DNA of 64,000 bases from Macrostomum lignano (taxonomy: Eukaryota): NCBI GenBank assembly GCA_002269645.1, contig NIVC01001223.1:62001-126000 (forward strand). Reading direction: 5' to 3'. A program made the translations under genes and the position numbers. Shown one piece after another: positions 27,004 to 39,260 of this stretch (the first letter of the stretch is position 1; every line of letters starts with the position of its first letter). Below the pieces are notes generated by a model. It worked only from the letters and a program-made list of their open reading frames with translations. It searched no databases and had not been told where the DNA came from.

Positions 27004-27410
27004 ATTGGAGGTGACTGCAGCTCTTAGGAGCGCCTATATTTGGTCTCTTGGTAGGCGCCCCCTGTCACTTGGTTGGCGCCACTGTCTCTTGGTTAGTGCC
27101 CCTGTCTCCTGGTGGGCGCTCCTGTCTCTTGTTTGGAGCCCCTGTCTCCTGGTTAGCGCACCACCCTTGTCTCTCGGTGGGCGCTCCTGTCTCTTGGTTG
27201 GCGCCCCTGTCTCTTGGTTGGCGCCCCTGTCTCTTGGTTGGCGCCCCTGTCTCTTGGTTGGCGCCCCTGTCTCTTGGTTGGCGCCCCTGTCTCTTGGTTG
27301 GCGCCCCTGTCTCTTGGTTGGCGCCCCTGTCTCTTGGTTGGCGCCCCTGTCTCTTGGTTGGCGCCCCTGTCTCTTGGTTGGCGCCCCTGTCTCTTGGTTG
27401 GCGCCCCTTA
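27004..27410. repeat. 20-bp minisatellite (GCGCCCCTGTCTCTTGGTTG), copy A of a family
   Basis: Period 20; shares a leader with the arrays at 31889 and 36903. Confidence 0.92.
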
Positions 27411-28365
27411 GCCCTCTTTTCAAGGCCGTTGGATGCGAAATCCGTTCCAGAGGGGGGCAAAACTTGAGCTCAAGTTTGGTTGCATCTTTATGTAGTTTTT
27501 CCCCAGAGTAATAAATTTCGGCAAAAATCTCCCTCTAGCAGTTTCAGGGTCGCTTCATAAGTCTGTGGAAATTTTGCTTTACCAAAGAATTGAAATATTT
27601 GTTCAAGTTTCATGTTTCTCTGACTCTCCTCCGGACCCCCGAAGGAGGAATGGCTGACGGTCGCTCCTTCCTACACAAGTTCCACAAGTTCCACGAGTAT
27701 CTCTCAGTTATCCCCACACAGCTTTCACAAGCAGGCGCAGCCATTCACATCCACAATGGAAGCGCAATGCATGAGAGACTGAGTCTGGGAAGAGGCAGAC
27801 ACAATGAGAGACAGCGGTATAGGCAATGAGATTTCAGTTGTTTGCAGCCGGTTATTTCATGCAGCACGGCTGACGGAAGCCCTGATTGACAGGATTGTCA
27901 GCGTGTCGGTTGCGCAGATCGGCAGCAACAGTCATTCATGCGGCCGTGCCTGGGGCCTCTATAGCGTTCGACTCATTTTCCTGACTGCAACCGAAACTGC
28001 CTAGATGCCCCCTCCCATATTGATTCTTTCATTCAACTTATCGATGCAAAGCATTCACGCTGCAGTGCATGCAGCAGATTATTGGCTAGTGGCAGGTATA
28101 GTTGGTAGCTAGTTAATCTGTACATGTATTGTTGTAACTCGCTCTAGAGTGAGTCTGCGCAGGTTTTTTTCTCTTCAGCTTTATTGCAATGTATAGCAAC
28201 TCGTTCAGACGTACGTGCCTCATAGTTAACTGGGTGCCTATCTTAAGGATATATTTTTTAGGATTCTAAGCAAGCAAAACATTTTAATGTTAGATTTGTT
28301 TAGATTTGAGGATGGATTAATAAGTTTGAGCAGTTTAAATTCTCCATATTTTTTCTGTGTTGGGA

Positions 28366-29245
28366 TAAGGAAGTATTGGGGACTGGGGAAGTATTGGGGA
28401 TTAAGGAAGTATTGGGGATTGGGGAAGTATTGGGGATTGGGGAAGTATTGGGGATTGGGGAAGTATTGGGGATTGGGGAAGTATTGGGGATTGGGGAAGT
28501 ATTGGGGATTGGGGAAGTATTGGGGATTGAGGAAGTATTGGGGACTGGAGAAGTATTGGGGATTAGGGAAGTATTGGGGACTGGGGAAGTATTGGGGATT
28601 GGGGAAGTATTGGCAATTGGGGAAGTATTTGGGATTGGGGATGTATTGGGGATTGGGAAGTATTGGGGACTGGGGAAGTATTGGGGATTGGGGAAGTATT
28701 GGGGATTGGGGAAGTATTGGGGATTGGGGAAGTATTGGGGACTGGGGATTGGGGAAGTATTGGGGACTGGGGAAGTATTGGGGATTGGGGAAGTATTGGG
28801 GATTGGGGAAGTATTGGGGATTGGGGAAGTATTGGGGATTGGGGAAGTATTGGGGATTGGGGAAGTATTGGGGACTGGGGAAGTATTGGGGATTGGGGAA
28901 GTATTGGGGATTGGGGAAGTATTGGGGATTGGGAAGTATTGGGGACTGGGGAAGTATTGGGGACTGGGGAAGTATTTGGGATTGGGGAAGTATTGGGGAT
29001 TGGGGAAGTATTGGGGATTGGGGAAGTATTGGGGATTGGGGAAGTATTGGGGATTGGGAAGTATTGGGGACTGGGGAAGTATTGGGGACTGGGGAAGTAT
29101 TTGGGATTGGGGAAGTATTTGGGATTGGGGAAGTATTTGGGATTGGGGAAGTATTGGGGATTGGGGAAGTATTGGGGATTGGGGAAGTATTGGCAATTGG
29201 GGAAGTATTTGGGATTGGGGATGTATTGGGGATTCGGGAAGCATT
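28366..29245. repeat. 18-bp G-rich minisatellite (GGGGAAGTATTGGGGATT)
   Basis: Direct inspection. Confidence 0.95.
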
Positions 29246-29751
29246 GGGATCGAAAAAGTATTGAAATTATGGAATTTTTCTGTTTGACAAAGTTTGAAAG
29301 AACTTTTTTCTTTGTTTTTAATTTGTAAACTTAACTTCTATCATTAGGCAGCTACAATCAGAATGAGCACCGGCTTGTTCAGCTTAAAAGCTACAAACAA
29401 GCAGCTCTGCGACTTCATGAGAAGCATTTCCCGAGCTTATATGGGTCGATATAGGACAGTGTCGGGGATTTTCCGAGCCTGTATTGAGGACAACTCCGTA
29501 TGCTTCAGTGTGCGTGGAAGCTTCAAAACTTTTTGAGCCTCAGCCAATGCAGTGGGTCGCTCGTGGTCTGCCAGCTTGATTGACAGGGGCGCGTGCGCTT
29601 TGCAAAGGGCTCTAGGCTTGCTGGAGTTGGGGACCAGCTCATCATCATACAGACAGCATGGCTAGTGAGTGGACTTAATCGTAAATGAGGGGCTGACTAA
29701 TTCTATTAGGAATTATAGGGGCTGGGAGAGCTGTAGCTTTCTGTTTCAATT

Positions 29752-30930
29752 ATGGACTTGGGATTTTGGACTTGGGATTTGGGACTTGGGATTTGGGACT
29801 TGGGATTTGGGACTTGGGATTTGGGACTTGGGATTTGGGACTTGGGATTTGGGACTTGGGATTTGGGACTTGGGATTTGGGACTTGGGATTTGGGACTTG
29901 GGATTTGGGACTTGGGATTTGGGACTTGGGATTTGGGACTTGGGATTTGGGACTTGGGATTTGGGACTTGGGATTTGGGACTTGGGATTTGGGACTTGGG
30001 ATTTGGGACTTGGGATTTGGGACTTGGGATTTGGGACTTGGGATTTGGGACTTGGGATTTGGGACTTGGGATTTGGGACTTGGGATTTGGGACTTGGGAT
30101 TTGGGACTTGGGATTTGGGACTTGGGATTTGGGACTTGGGATTTGGGACTTGGGATTTGGGACTTGGGATTTGGGACTTGGGATTTGGGACTTGGGATTT
30201 GGGACTTGGGATTTGGGACTTGGGATTTGGGACTTGGGATTTGGGACTTGGGATTTGGGACTTGGGATTTGGGACTTGGGATTTGGGACTTGGGATTTGG
30301 GACTTGGGATTTGGGACTTGGGATTTGGGACTTGGGATTTGGGACTTGGGATTTGGGACTTGGGATTTGGGACTTGGGATTTGGGACTTGGGATTTGGGA
30401 CTTGGGATTTGAGACTTGGGATTTGGGACTTGGGACTTGGGACTTGGGACTTGGGACTTGGGATTTGGGACTTGGGATTTGGGACTTGGGATTTGGGACT
30501 TGGGATTTGGGACTTGGGATTTGGGACTTGGGATTTGGGACTTGGGATTTGGGACTTGGGATTTGGGACTTGGGATTTGGGACTTGGGATTTGGGACTTG
30601 GGATTTGGGACTTGGGATTTGGGACTTGGGATTTGGGACTTGGGATTTGGGACTTGGGATTTGGGACTTGGGATTTGGGACTTGGGATTTGGGACTTGGG
30701 ATTTGGGACTTGGGATTTGAGACTTGGGATTTGAGACTTGGGATTTGGGACTTGGGATTTGGGACTTGGGATTTGGGACTTGGGACTTGGGACTTGGGAT
30801 TTGGGACTTGGGATTTGGGACTTGGGATTTGGGACTTGGGACTTGGGACTTGGGATTTGGGACTTGGGATTTGGGACTTGGGATTTGGGACTTGGGATTT
30901 GGGACTTGGGATTTGGGACTTGCGATTTGA
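29752..30930. repeat. 14-bp satellite (GGGACTTGGGATTT), made of two heptamers; G-quadruplex-type pattern
   Basis: Direct inspection. Confidence 0.97.
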
Positions 30931-31888
30931 GATTATTTTGTTCGATTTTAAGCTAATTTCGAATCTATTTTTAGTTCATTTATTTAGGATGAGGGGCAAA
31001 TACTTTACAGTAAATCCTTTTCATTCACAATACGAGTAGTTAAGTGTTGACAAAAAGACAAAAAATAATTTAAAACTGAAATCAGGAACACAAGTTATCT
31101 TACCTATAGATGAGTCAGAACTATCAATAACTTTCGTCTGTCATCAGAATCCTCACATCTCTTCATCTTTTTTTGCATCCCGAAGCCCCCAGCTCCCTAA
31201 AATAGTGCGGCGCAGCTCAAAGGGAATCTGCAGCCTCCAGAGGCTGATTTTGCTGAATTGAAGAAATACGGAAACAGAAGCAGAAGTGAAGAGACGCGAC
31301 CGGCCGCTTTGTTGCCATCCAGTGGAATAATCCGGCAATGAGCGGAGCTGAATAAGTGGCCATTGCTCAGCGTCTGTCCTTCATCTCTCTGTCTGAAAAT
31401 TTCAAGTAGGCAGGCAGGCATAATAGGGGTACCGCACACAAGGACCTGCCACTCCATGCAGTGAGTCGTCTGCTTTTGGGATGGGTGGATGAGTCGTCTT
31501 TAACAGCCGGCTCTGCAACAATTTGTAGCGAGACTGCGGCTGCAGCTCCCGCGGCTCTCATTAAAGCGGCCAAGCCGCTCGTGAGGATGGGTGATGAGGC
31601 GGATTGCATCTCATGCGTAGATTTAGCTTAGCACTGCATTTTGGGTCAAAGGCAAACACTCAAATTTCTGCAAACACTCGCTGAACAAAATAAACAGATA
31701 TCTGTGCTCTGAATGGGGAGCAGTTGAGGAGTGGGATGGCAGAGACAGACTGGGAGAAATTAAATATATCCCCTCTGCTTATTTATGATATTTATTTGCG
31801 ATTTCGTTTGATGGGAGACCAAGTTGCTTCACCACCTATCTCTAATTATTGTTCCCTTTATTCTTTCACCGTTCTTTCAGCAGTTTCA

Positions 31889-33005
31889 ATTGGAGGGGCC
31901 GCAACCCTAAGGGATGACAATATTAGGTGTCTTGGTAAGGCGCCCCTGTCCTAGTCGGCGGCCCCTGTCTCTTGGTGGGCACCCCTGTCTCTTGATAGAC
32001 GCCCCTGTCTCTTGGTGGGCGCCCCTGTCTCTTGATAGGCGCCCCCGTCTCTTGGTGGGCGCCCCTGTCTCTTGGTGGGCGCCCCTGTCTCTTGATAGAC
32101 GCCCCTGTCTCTTGGTGGGCGCCCCTGTCTCTTGATAGACGCCAATGTCTCTTGGTGGGCGCCCCTGTCTCTTGGTTAGCGCGACTGTCTCTTGGTTAGC
32201 GCGACTGTCTCTTGGTTAGCGCGACTGTCTCTTGGTTAGCGCGACTGTCTCTTGGTTAGCGCGACTGTCTCTTGGTTAGCGCCCCTGTCTCTTGGTGGGC
32301 ACCCCTGTCTCTTGATTAGCGCCCCTGTCTCTTGGTGGGCGCCCTGTCTCTTGATTAGCGCCCCTGTCTCTTGGTGGGCGCCCCTGTCTCTTGGTGGGCG
32401 CAACTGTCTCTTGGTTAGCGCCCCTGTCTCTTGGTGGGCGCCCTGTCTCTTGATTAGCGCCCCTGTCTCTTGGTGGGCGCCCCTGTCTCTTGGTGGGCGC
32501 CCCTGTCTCTTGGTTAGCGCCCCTGTCTCTTGGTTAGCGCCCCTGTCTCTTGGTTAGCGCCCCTGTCTCTTGGTGGGCGCCCCTGTCTCTTAGTGGGCGC
32601 AACTGTCTCTTGGTTAGCGCCCCTGTCTCTTGGTGGGCGCCCTGTCTCTTGATTAGCGCCCCTGTCTCTCTGTGGGCGCCCCTGTTTCTTGGTGGGCGCA
32701 ACTGTCTCTTGGTTAGCGCCCCTGTCTCTTGGTTAGCGCCCCTGTCTCTTGGTTAGCGCCCCTGTCTCTTGGTTAGCGCCCCTGTCTCTTGGTGGGCGCC
32801 CCTGTCTCTTGGTGGGCGCAACTGTCTCTTGGTTAGCGCCCCTGTCTCTTGGTTAGCGCCCCTGTCTCTTGGTTAGCGCCCCTGTCTCTTGATTAGCGCC
32901 CCTGTCTCTTGGTAGGCGCCCTGTCTCTTGGTTAGCGCCCCTGTCTCTTGATTAGCGCCCCTGTCTCTTGGTGGGCGCCCCTGTCTCTTAGTAGTCGTCC
33001 CTGTC
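31889..33005. repeat. 20-bp GCGCCCCTGTCTCTTGGT family array, copy B
   Basis: Same unit and leader as 27004 and 36903. Confidence 0.92.
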
Positions 33006-35254
33006 TGTAGGTGAATGGCTTCCGAGATTTTATACTTATAACTAATAGAATTTAGTTTCTTTAAACCCGACAATCAATTTCCCAAAATGGAATAAAAATT
33101 CTTAAAAATTTACGACCCCCCCCCGCCAAGACTGGCCTCACCCCACCCCCTAAAAGACTTTGAACTGATGGTTATCAGATATTTGGCAAAGTTGTCCTGC
33201 TATCTATGGCAAAAGCTCTGAGCTATACTGCTCCCAACCCCAACCAAGATGTGACCAGTTGATCTGTCAAGCTTGTAAATCACCAATCTAGAAAGCTCGT
33301 GAGCAAATCAATTGACCTGACAATGCCCCGAATCGAAGCTAAGGTCGATGACAGGCTTCATAGGATGACAGGGCAATGAATGGGTCCAGGATTCTTAGGG
33401 ATAGATAATATATATAATATTTTTTCTAAATCTTTTTCACAATGCAAGTTTAATAGTGTGTGTCTCGCAGATTTGAGAGAGACCAGCTCCCCCCATGAGG
33501 GCACTGTTGTTGAGCCCCGAGGCTATCAATCAGACCCCCCCCCTATTATATAGCTCTAAGGTATAAGGGTTGTGAGTTGGGATTTCGATTTGACAGCTTG
33601 TATAGAGAATTCACATACAGGACACCCCTCGATTCCCTCATATTTATATGCCTAGACAGGCTAAAACCACTAAGCAACTATATACGAACTAAGCTGTATT
33701 CATAATGTTAATTATTTCTCCATCAAAGATTGTTCAAGGCGTTCGGAACAAATAACTGAAACACAAAATCTCTATGCAAAGAATTTAAGCTTTGGTTTAC
33801 AGGTATTGATGGGGCATATTGTCATTTTGATGGAGAACAGGGGATGTTGGAGATGTAGGAGATGTATAGGATTCTTTGTTGCAAATGTACTCCAACAAAG
33901 AATTTCTATAATATGACGGCCCCTGTTGCTTGGGTAACCATGGACATCGAACTCCTAAATCCATATACTAATGGATTAGAAACCCATCTGACTTCTATTT
34001 CTGAAAATCTGTGTTACACTACCTTAAGAGCTTAGTGGAAATAAATATGATATATTCCATATGGGGACTTGTATTATGTCCCGTGTCAATCATAAAAAGC
34101 AATTGCCGCAGACCAGCAAGAATCGTCTCGAAGTCTGTCTTCCTTCTCAGCCGTCCCTTCAACAGTCTTCCCGTATTCGGGAGAACTTTTTTCTCCCACC
34201 ACCACTCTTGGCAGCAGATCCTCCGGCTTCTCACGCGCTGGAGCCGCCTGCAACTCTTGACTGAGCCCCCCCCCCCCTATACATACTATGCATATAGAGC
34301 TGCATGTAGAGTTCATCTTTCTTTTTTCTCTGCGCGGAATCCCCCCCCCCCCCCTGCTAGGCTATGAGCCCCGCCCCGGTGTCATGGAACCCATGCGGAA
34401 GGGGTGCCCGATAGTAGCTTCATCAGGAGCCAGCCTCCCGCAGCGGGTCTCATTAGCGGCTCTGTGAGTTCCCTGCGCAGCAAGTGTTCAACTGTGAAAC
34501 AGAGACTGCAGGGAAGGAACCGAGGAAGCTGGCAGTCGATAACAATTTCAGTCCCCGCGCTTCCTTGAGTTGCCTTTTTCTTCTGGTCTGAGGAACTTGA
34601 GTAAGGAAGCAGCGTGATGGCCGAGTCTATAAAAAAACCACTCGCATGACTTGGGGGTTGCTAATTAAGTTCTGCAGGTTAGGAGCTGGGAGTTGGAGGG
34701 GCAAGTCAGGTTTTTTTATTGTTCGATACCTGCTTGAGGCCTAATTAAATGAAGATTTCTTGCCGTTGCGGCGGAGCAGGGGAAAAACTGATTTCTGCAG
34801 AGAATTCAAGTTGGGGAGAAGTTGCGGTCCGATGGGCTTGCGAGTCGACTTCCCCGAGGAGTCAGTTTTTTCAAATTTAACGGAATTTCTCAGAATTGGA
34901 ATTACGCCCCCCTTCATGAACAAAAACTTGAATGTTGCGAGTGAGTCCTGAAACACCATAGAAAATAGATGCGAAATGAAAAACAAAACTGTTTAAATTT
35001 TTGTTGTGTCAGCCGGATTCTGGTTTTAATCCTGCAGTGTATCCGGTCCCGGGAGCTTTGGATTTACATTTTTGATGCGAATTAAAAATCTAGCTTAGCC
35101 ATTCTTTTATTTAATTAGACTCTAAATTTAGATCTGCCGTAGATCTACTATAGATACGAGTTAGATCTTACTTAAACTTGATTTGAATTTGTTCAAATAG
35201 CTAGACCCGGTTTATTTAGAGGCAAAGGGTTGCTGTGTGAAATTACTAATAATA

Positions 35255-35663
35255 CCTGGCGCACTTTAAGCGACATTGTCACACAACTGGCGAGAGGCAT
35301 CGCTGCCCATTCCACTGACTCCCCTGAGCAGGCACACAAGCGCGCGGATACGTACGCAGTCATACGCACAGGCACACACTCAGGAGTGTACAGCGGCCCT
35401 GACTTTATTTATCGTTAGGCATGTACACTTCACTGTGCCTTGGGGTTAGCCGTCAAGGCCGTTAATTGCACGAGCAGAGCCAAGCCGAGATTCCAGTTCA
35501 GCCCCAAATTAATGCGACTGCACTTGGAATCGAGCCTGGGCCGCTGGCACATCAGAGCGCCGCACTGGACCACTGGGCTACGGCCTCCCAAATAGACACG
35601 GTTTGTTCAGATTTCGCGGAATGGGCAGAATGGTGCCCACAGCCCCCCCACCTTGAAATCCCT
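35255..35663 (-). mobile_element. SINE-like insert with a tRNA-derived segment (35510-35588), bracketed by 17-bp direct repeats
   Basis: Minus strand GGCCG-TAGCCCAGTGG (A box)...GGCTCGATTCC (B-box-like); TGAAATTACTAATAATA at 35238-35254 and 35664-35680. Confidence 0.6.
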
Positions 35664-36902
35664 TGAAATTACTAATAATATCTATATTATTTATTGTTAT
35701 TATAGCCTGAAAACTCATTCTGATCCGACGTAGTGACTCACATTGGTAGCAATGAATTCTAGCGATTCTGTGCTCTATACAGCATCAATTCAAGAAGGAT
35801 TTGCAAATAATTCTTCTCAGAGAGAGCAGCACGGATGCAGTAGAGAAGCTGGGTATGAAAAAAAAGATTGTCTCCATCTCTGAACGCTCAGGACGTGCCT
35901 CGGTCAGCGTTGGCAACGTCAAAACTTGTGCTCCGGGGAGGGGAATTGGGAAGAAAATATTAGGGCTGGCGGGTTGGCCTGCATAGCAAAGAGTAGTCGA
36001 AGGTGAAAATGGGGAAAATGATGCGGCGTTGAGAAGGAAGAGGGGACAATTTTTTCCGGTCAATTTTTTCATGCATTTTTCTTTTTTCTGTTCGTGGCAT
36101 TGTGTTGTTGCGGCCGCGGCTCGTGCGATGGGAGGGGAGGAGAGGACGTGAGCGGGGAGGGGGCGGAATTCGTTGGACAAATTGGGAGCAGACGGGTCGT
36201 GGAGGGAATCCGAGCGAGCTAAGAGGGGGGGTTTAAGGATGAAAAAACATCAACGAGCATTTTTATGGAGCAGCGCGAGGCCGCTCCTCCCCCATCTCCC
36301 TCTCCCTGCTCAGGGCCGAACGAGAATCCCTCTTTTACGAAAGTTTTTTTCCGCTCGATCCGCGGCGCCATAGCGGGCAATTAGGCAACTGGGGGGGGGG
36401 GGGGCGCACGTGATGCCAAGGCTAAATGCGAGGCGGAGGGCCCTTAATTATTAGAGCTGGCCGTGCGGGATTCGGGGGATAGAAAAAACACATTAGAGCC
36501 GATGGGTAGCTATATAATATTGCCGTTCCCACTTGCTCGTCACCCATCTCATTCATTTGCATTATAAAGTGTGGAGCTCGGTTTGGAATATTAAAAAAAA
36601 ACTCAAATCCTGCTCGACTATAAGCCTGGAGTCCCCAGGTGTCTCCCCGCCCAGGTGAGGGGACCGGGGGCGATTGTTAACATGGCGACTGGAGCGATTC
36701 GAAGTTTATTTAGGGTTGCGATAATTATAATTTACATAATAAACTGGTGCTGCATACTACTGACTGACATTTCACATGGTAGTATAGTTGGGACCAGTTT
36801 CGAAACTTTGTTAAATATTTGTTACTGATAAACAAATCCAGGGAAAATGACCTCAATGACCTTCCTAGGATGCAGCTGAAATGGCGTAGTACGCAGGAAT
36901 TT

Positions 36903-37745
36903 ATTGGAGGGGCCGCAACCCGAAAGGCACCAATATTCGGTCTCTTGGTAGGCGCTCCCGTCTCTTGGTTGGCGCCCCTGTCTCTTGGTTGGCGCCCCTG
37001 TCTCTTGTTTGGCGCCCCTGTCTCTTACTTGCCGCCCCTGTCTCTTGTTTGGAGCCCCTGTCTCTTGTTTAGCGCTCCTGTCGCTTGTTTGGCGCCCCTG
37101 TCTCTTATTTGGCGCCCCTGTCTTTTGTTTGGCGCCCCTGTCTCTTATTTGGCGCCCCTGTCTCTTGTTTGGCGCCCCTGTCTCTTGTTTAGCGCTCCTG
37201 TCGCTTGTTTGGCGCCCCTGTCTCTTATTTGGCGCCCCTGTCTTTTGTTTGGCGCCCCTGTCTCTTATTTGGCGCCCCTGTCTCTTGTTTGGAGCCCCTG
37301 TCTCTTGTTTAGCGCTCCTGTCGCTTGTTTGGCGCCCCTGTTTCTTATTTGGCGCCCCTGTCTTTTGTTTGGCGCCCCTGTCTCTTATTTGGCGCCCCTG
37401 TCTCTTGTTTGGCGCCCCTGTCTCTTGTTTGGCGCCCCTGTCTCTTACTTGGCGCCCCTGTCTCTTGTTTGGAGCCCCTGTCTCTTGTTTAGCGCTCCTG
37501 TCGCTTGTTTGGCGCCCCTGTTTCTTATTTGGCGCCCCTGTCTTTTGTTTGGCGCCCCTGTCTCTTGTTTGGTGCCCCTGCCGCTTATTTGGCGCCCCTG
37601 TCTCTTGTTTAGCGCCCCTGTCTCTTATTTGGCGCCCCTGTTTCTTATTTGGCGCCCCTGTCTCTTGTTTGGCGACCCTATCTTTTGGTAAGCGCCCCTT
37701 TCACTCGGTAGGCGCCCCTGTCTCTTTATAGACACCCCTGTCTCT
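36903..37745. repeat. 20-bp family array, copy C (GCGCCCCTGTCTCTTGTTTG variant)
   Basis: Period 20; shared leader. Confidence 0.92.
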
Positions 37746-38178
37746 TGGTAGACGCCTCAGTCACTTGGTAGACGCCTCAGTCACTTGGTAGACGCCTCAG
37801 TCACTTGGTAGACGCCTCAGTCACTTGGTAGACGCCTCAGTCACTTGGTAGACGCCTCAGTCACTTGGTAGACGCCTCAGTCACTTGGTAGACGCCTCAG
37901 TCACTTGGTAGACGCCTCAGTCACTTGGTAGACGCCTCAGTCACTTGGTAGACGCCTCAGTCACTTGGTAGACGCCTCAGTCACTTGGTAGACGCCTCAG
38001 TCACTTGGTAGACGCCTCAGTCACTTGGTAGACGCCTCAGTCACTTGGTAGACGCCTCAGTCACTTGGTAGACGCCTCAGTCACTTGGTAGACGCCTCAG
38101 TCACTTGGTAGACGCCTCAGTCACTTGGTAGACGCCTCAGTCACTTGGTAGACGCCTCAGTCACTTGGTAGACGTCCC
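37746..38178. repeat. Perfect 20-bp array (ACGCCTCAGTCACTTGGTAG), about 21 copies, derived from the adjacent array
   Basis: 15/20 identity to the neighbouring family unit and contiguous with it. Confidence 0.95.
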
Positions 38179-38366
38179 TGTCAGCAAGGCCGGCGAATTC
38201 GACGTCCATCAGAAGCGGCAAAAGTTGAGCTCCTGTCCCCTCTTGGACCCCTCTGTCCTCTCCCGCCCTTCCCTGGTGCCAATATTTGATATAAAATCTG
38301 AGCCACTGGTTTTATTTCCTAAGAAGTCAACAACTTACACTGTCTCAACCCCCTTTCCGCTACCAG

Positions 38367-38984
38367 CTCTGCTTCAACAAGCAGGACCTGCTGCTGCACA
38401 ACAGCTCAGTGCACAAGGCCGACCCGAGGCCATTCCAGTGCGACACCTGCGGCAGGCAGTTCGCCACGGCCGCTTACCTGTGCCAGCACCGCCGCATTCA
38501 CACCGGACAGCGGCCGTACGGCTGCAAGTACTGCGACAAGCGGTTCACCCAGCTGTCGCACGTGCAGCAGCACGAACGAATTCACACGGGCGACAAGCCC
38601 TACCGCTGCTGGCACTGCGCCAAAAGTTTCACCCAGATGAGCAACCTGCAGAGCCACCAGCGCCAGCACACCAAGGACAAGCCGCACCGCTGCGACGCCT
38701 GTCACATGTGCTTCGACTCCAGGGAGGAGCTGGACACCCACGCCGCCGCCAGGCACAGCACCAACAAGTACAGCCGGGTGCTGCTCTGCCGGGTGTGCGG
38801 CAAGGCCTACAACTCCGAGACTTATCTTAGCAAGCACCTGGCCAAGCACCGGGACAAGGCCAGGCAGGCGGAGCATCAGCAGCTTCAGCAGCAGCAGCAG
38901 CAGCAACAGGCTGCAGAGTTTGCCGCACATCGCTCGCCTCTGCCGCCGCCTCCGCCGCCTCCGCCACAGCTGCCGCCACCGCCT

Positions 38985-39018
<34 letters not shown>

Positions 39019-39260
39019 TTCATCAGCACCTTCACCACCATCATCACCACCACCAGGCGACGTTGTCTCAGTCGACGTCGAGTTCTTCGCCTCCGACTGG
39101 ACACGCGGCCGCTGCCGCCGCCGCCGCTGCCGCAGCCGCTGCGGCCGCCGGAGGCTACTCAACGGCCTTCCACGGTGGCGTCCCGTTCCACACCGCGCAG
39201 GCTGCGGCGGCTGCTGCGGCGGCGGCCGGGCCCGCTGGACCGTTCAAGTTCGCCTTCTAG
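38367..39260 (+). CDS. ZNF362: lin-29/rotund/ZNF362-384-family exon 2: rest of finger 1, fingers 2-6, then poly-Q/P/H/A tail
   Basis: ctaccag acceptor; diagnostic motifs TQLSHVQQH, TQMSNLQSHQRQHTKDKP and CGKAYNSETYLSKHLAKH; TAG stop. Confidence 0.9.

Noticed and set aside
36505-36660. TATA-like motif plus CAG|GTGAGG as an alternative first exon of the zinc-finger gene
   Set aside because: There is no ATG and only motif-level support; it needs transcript data
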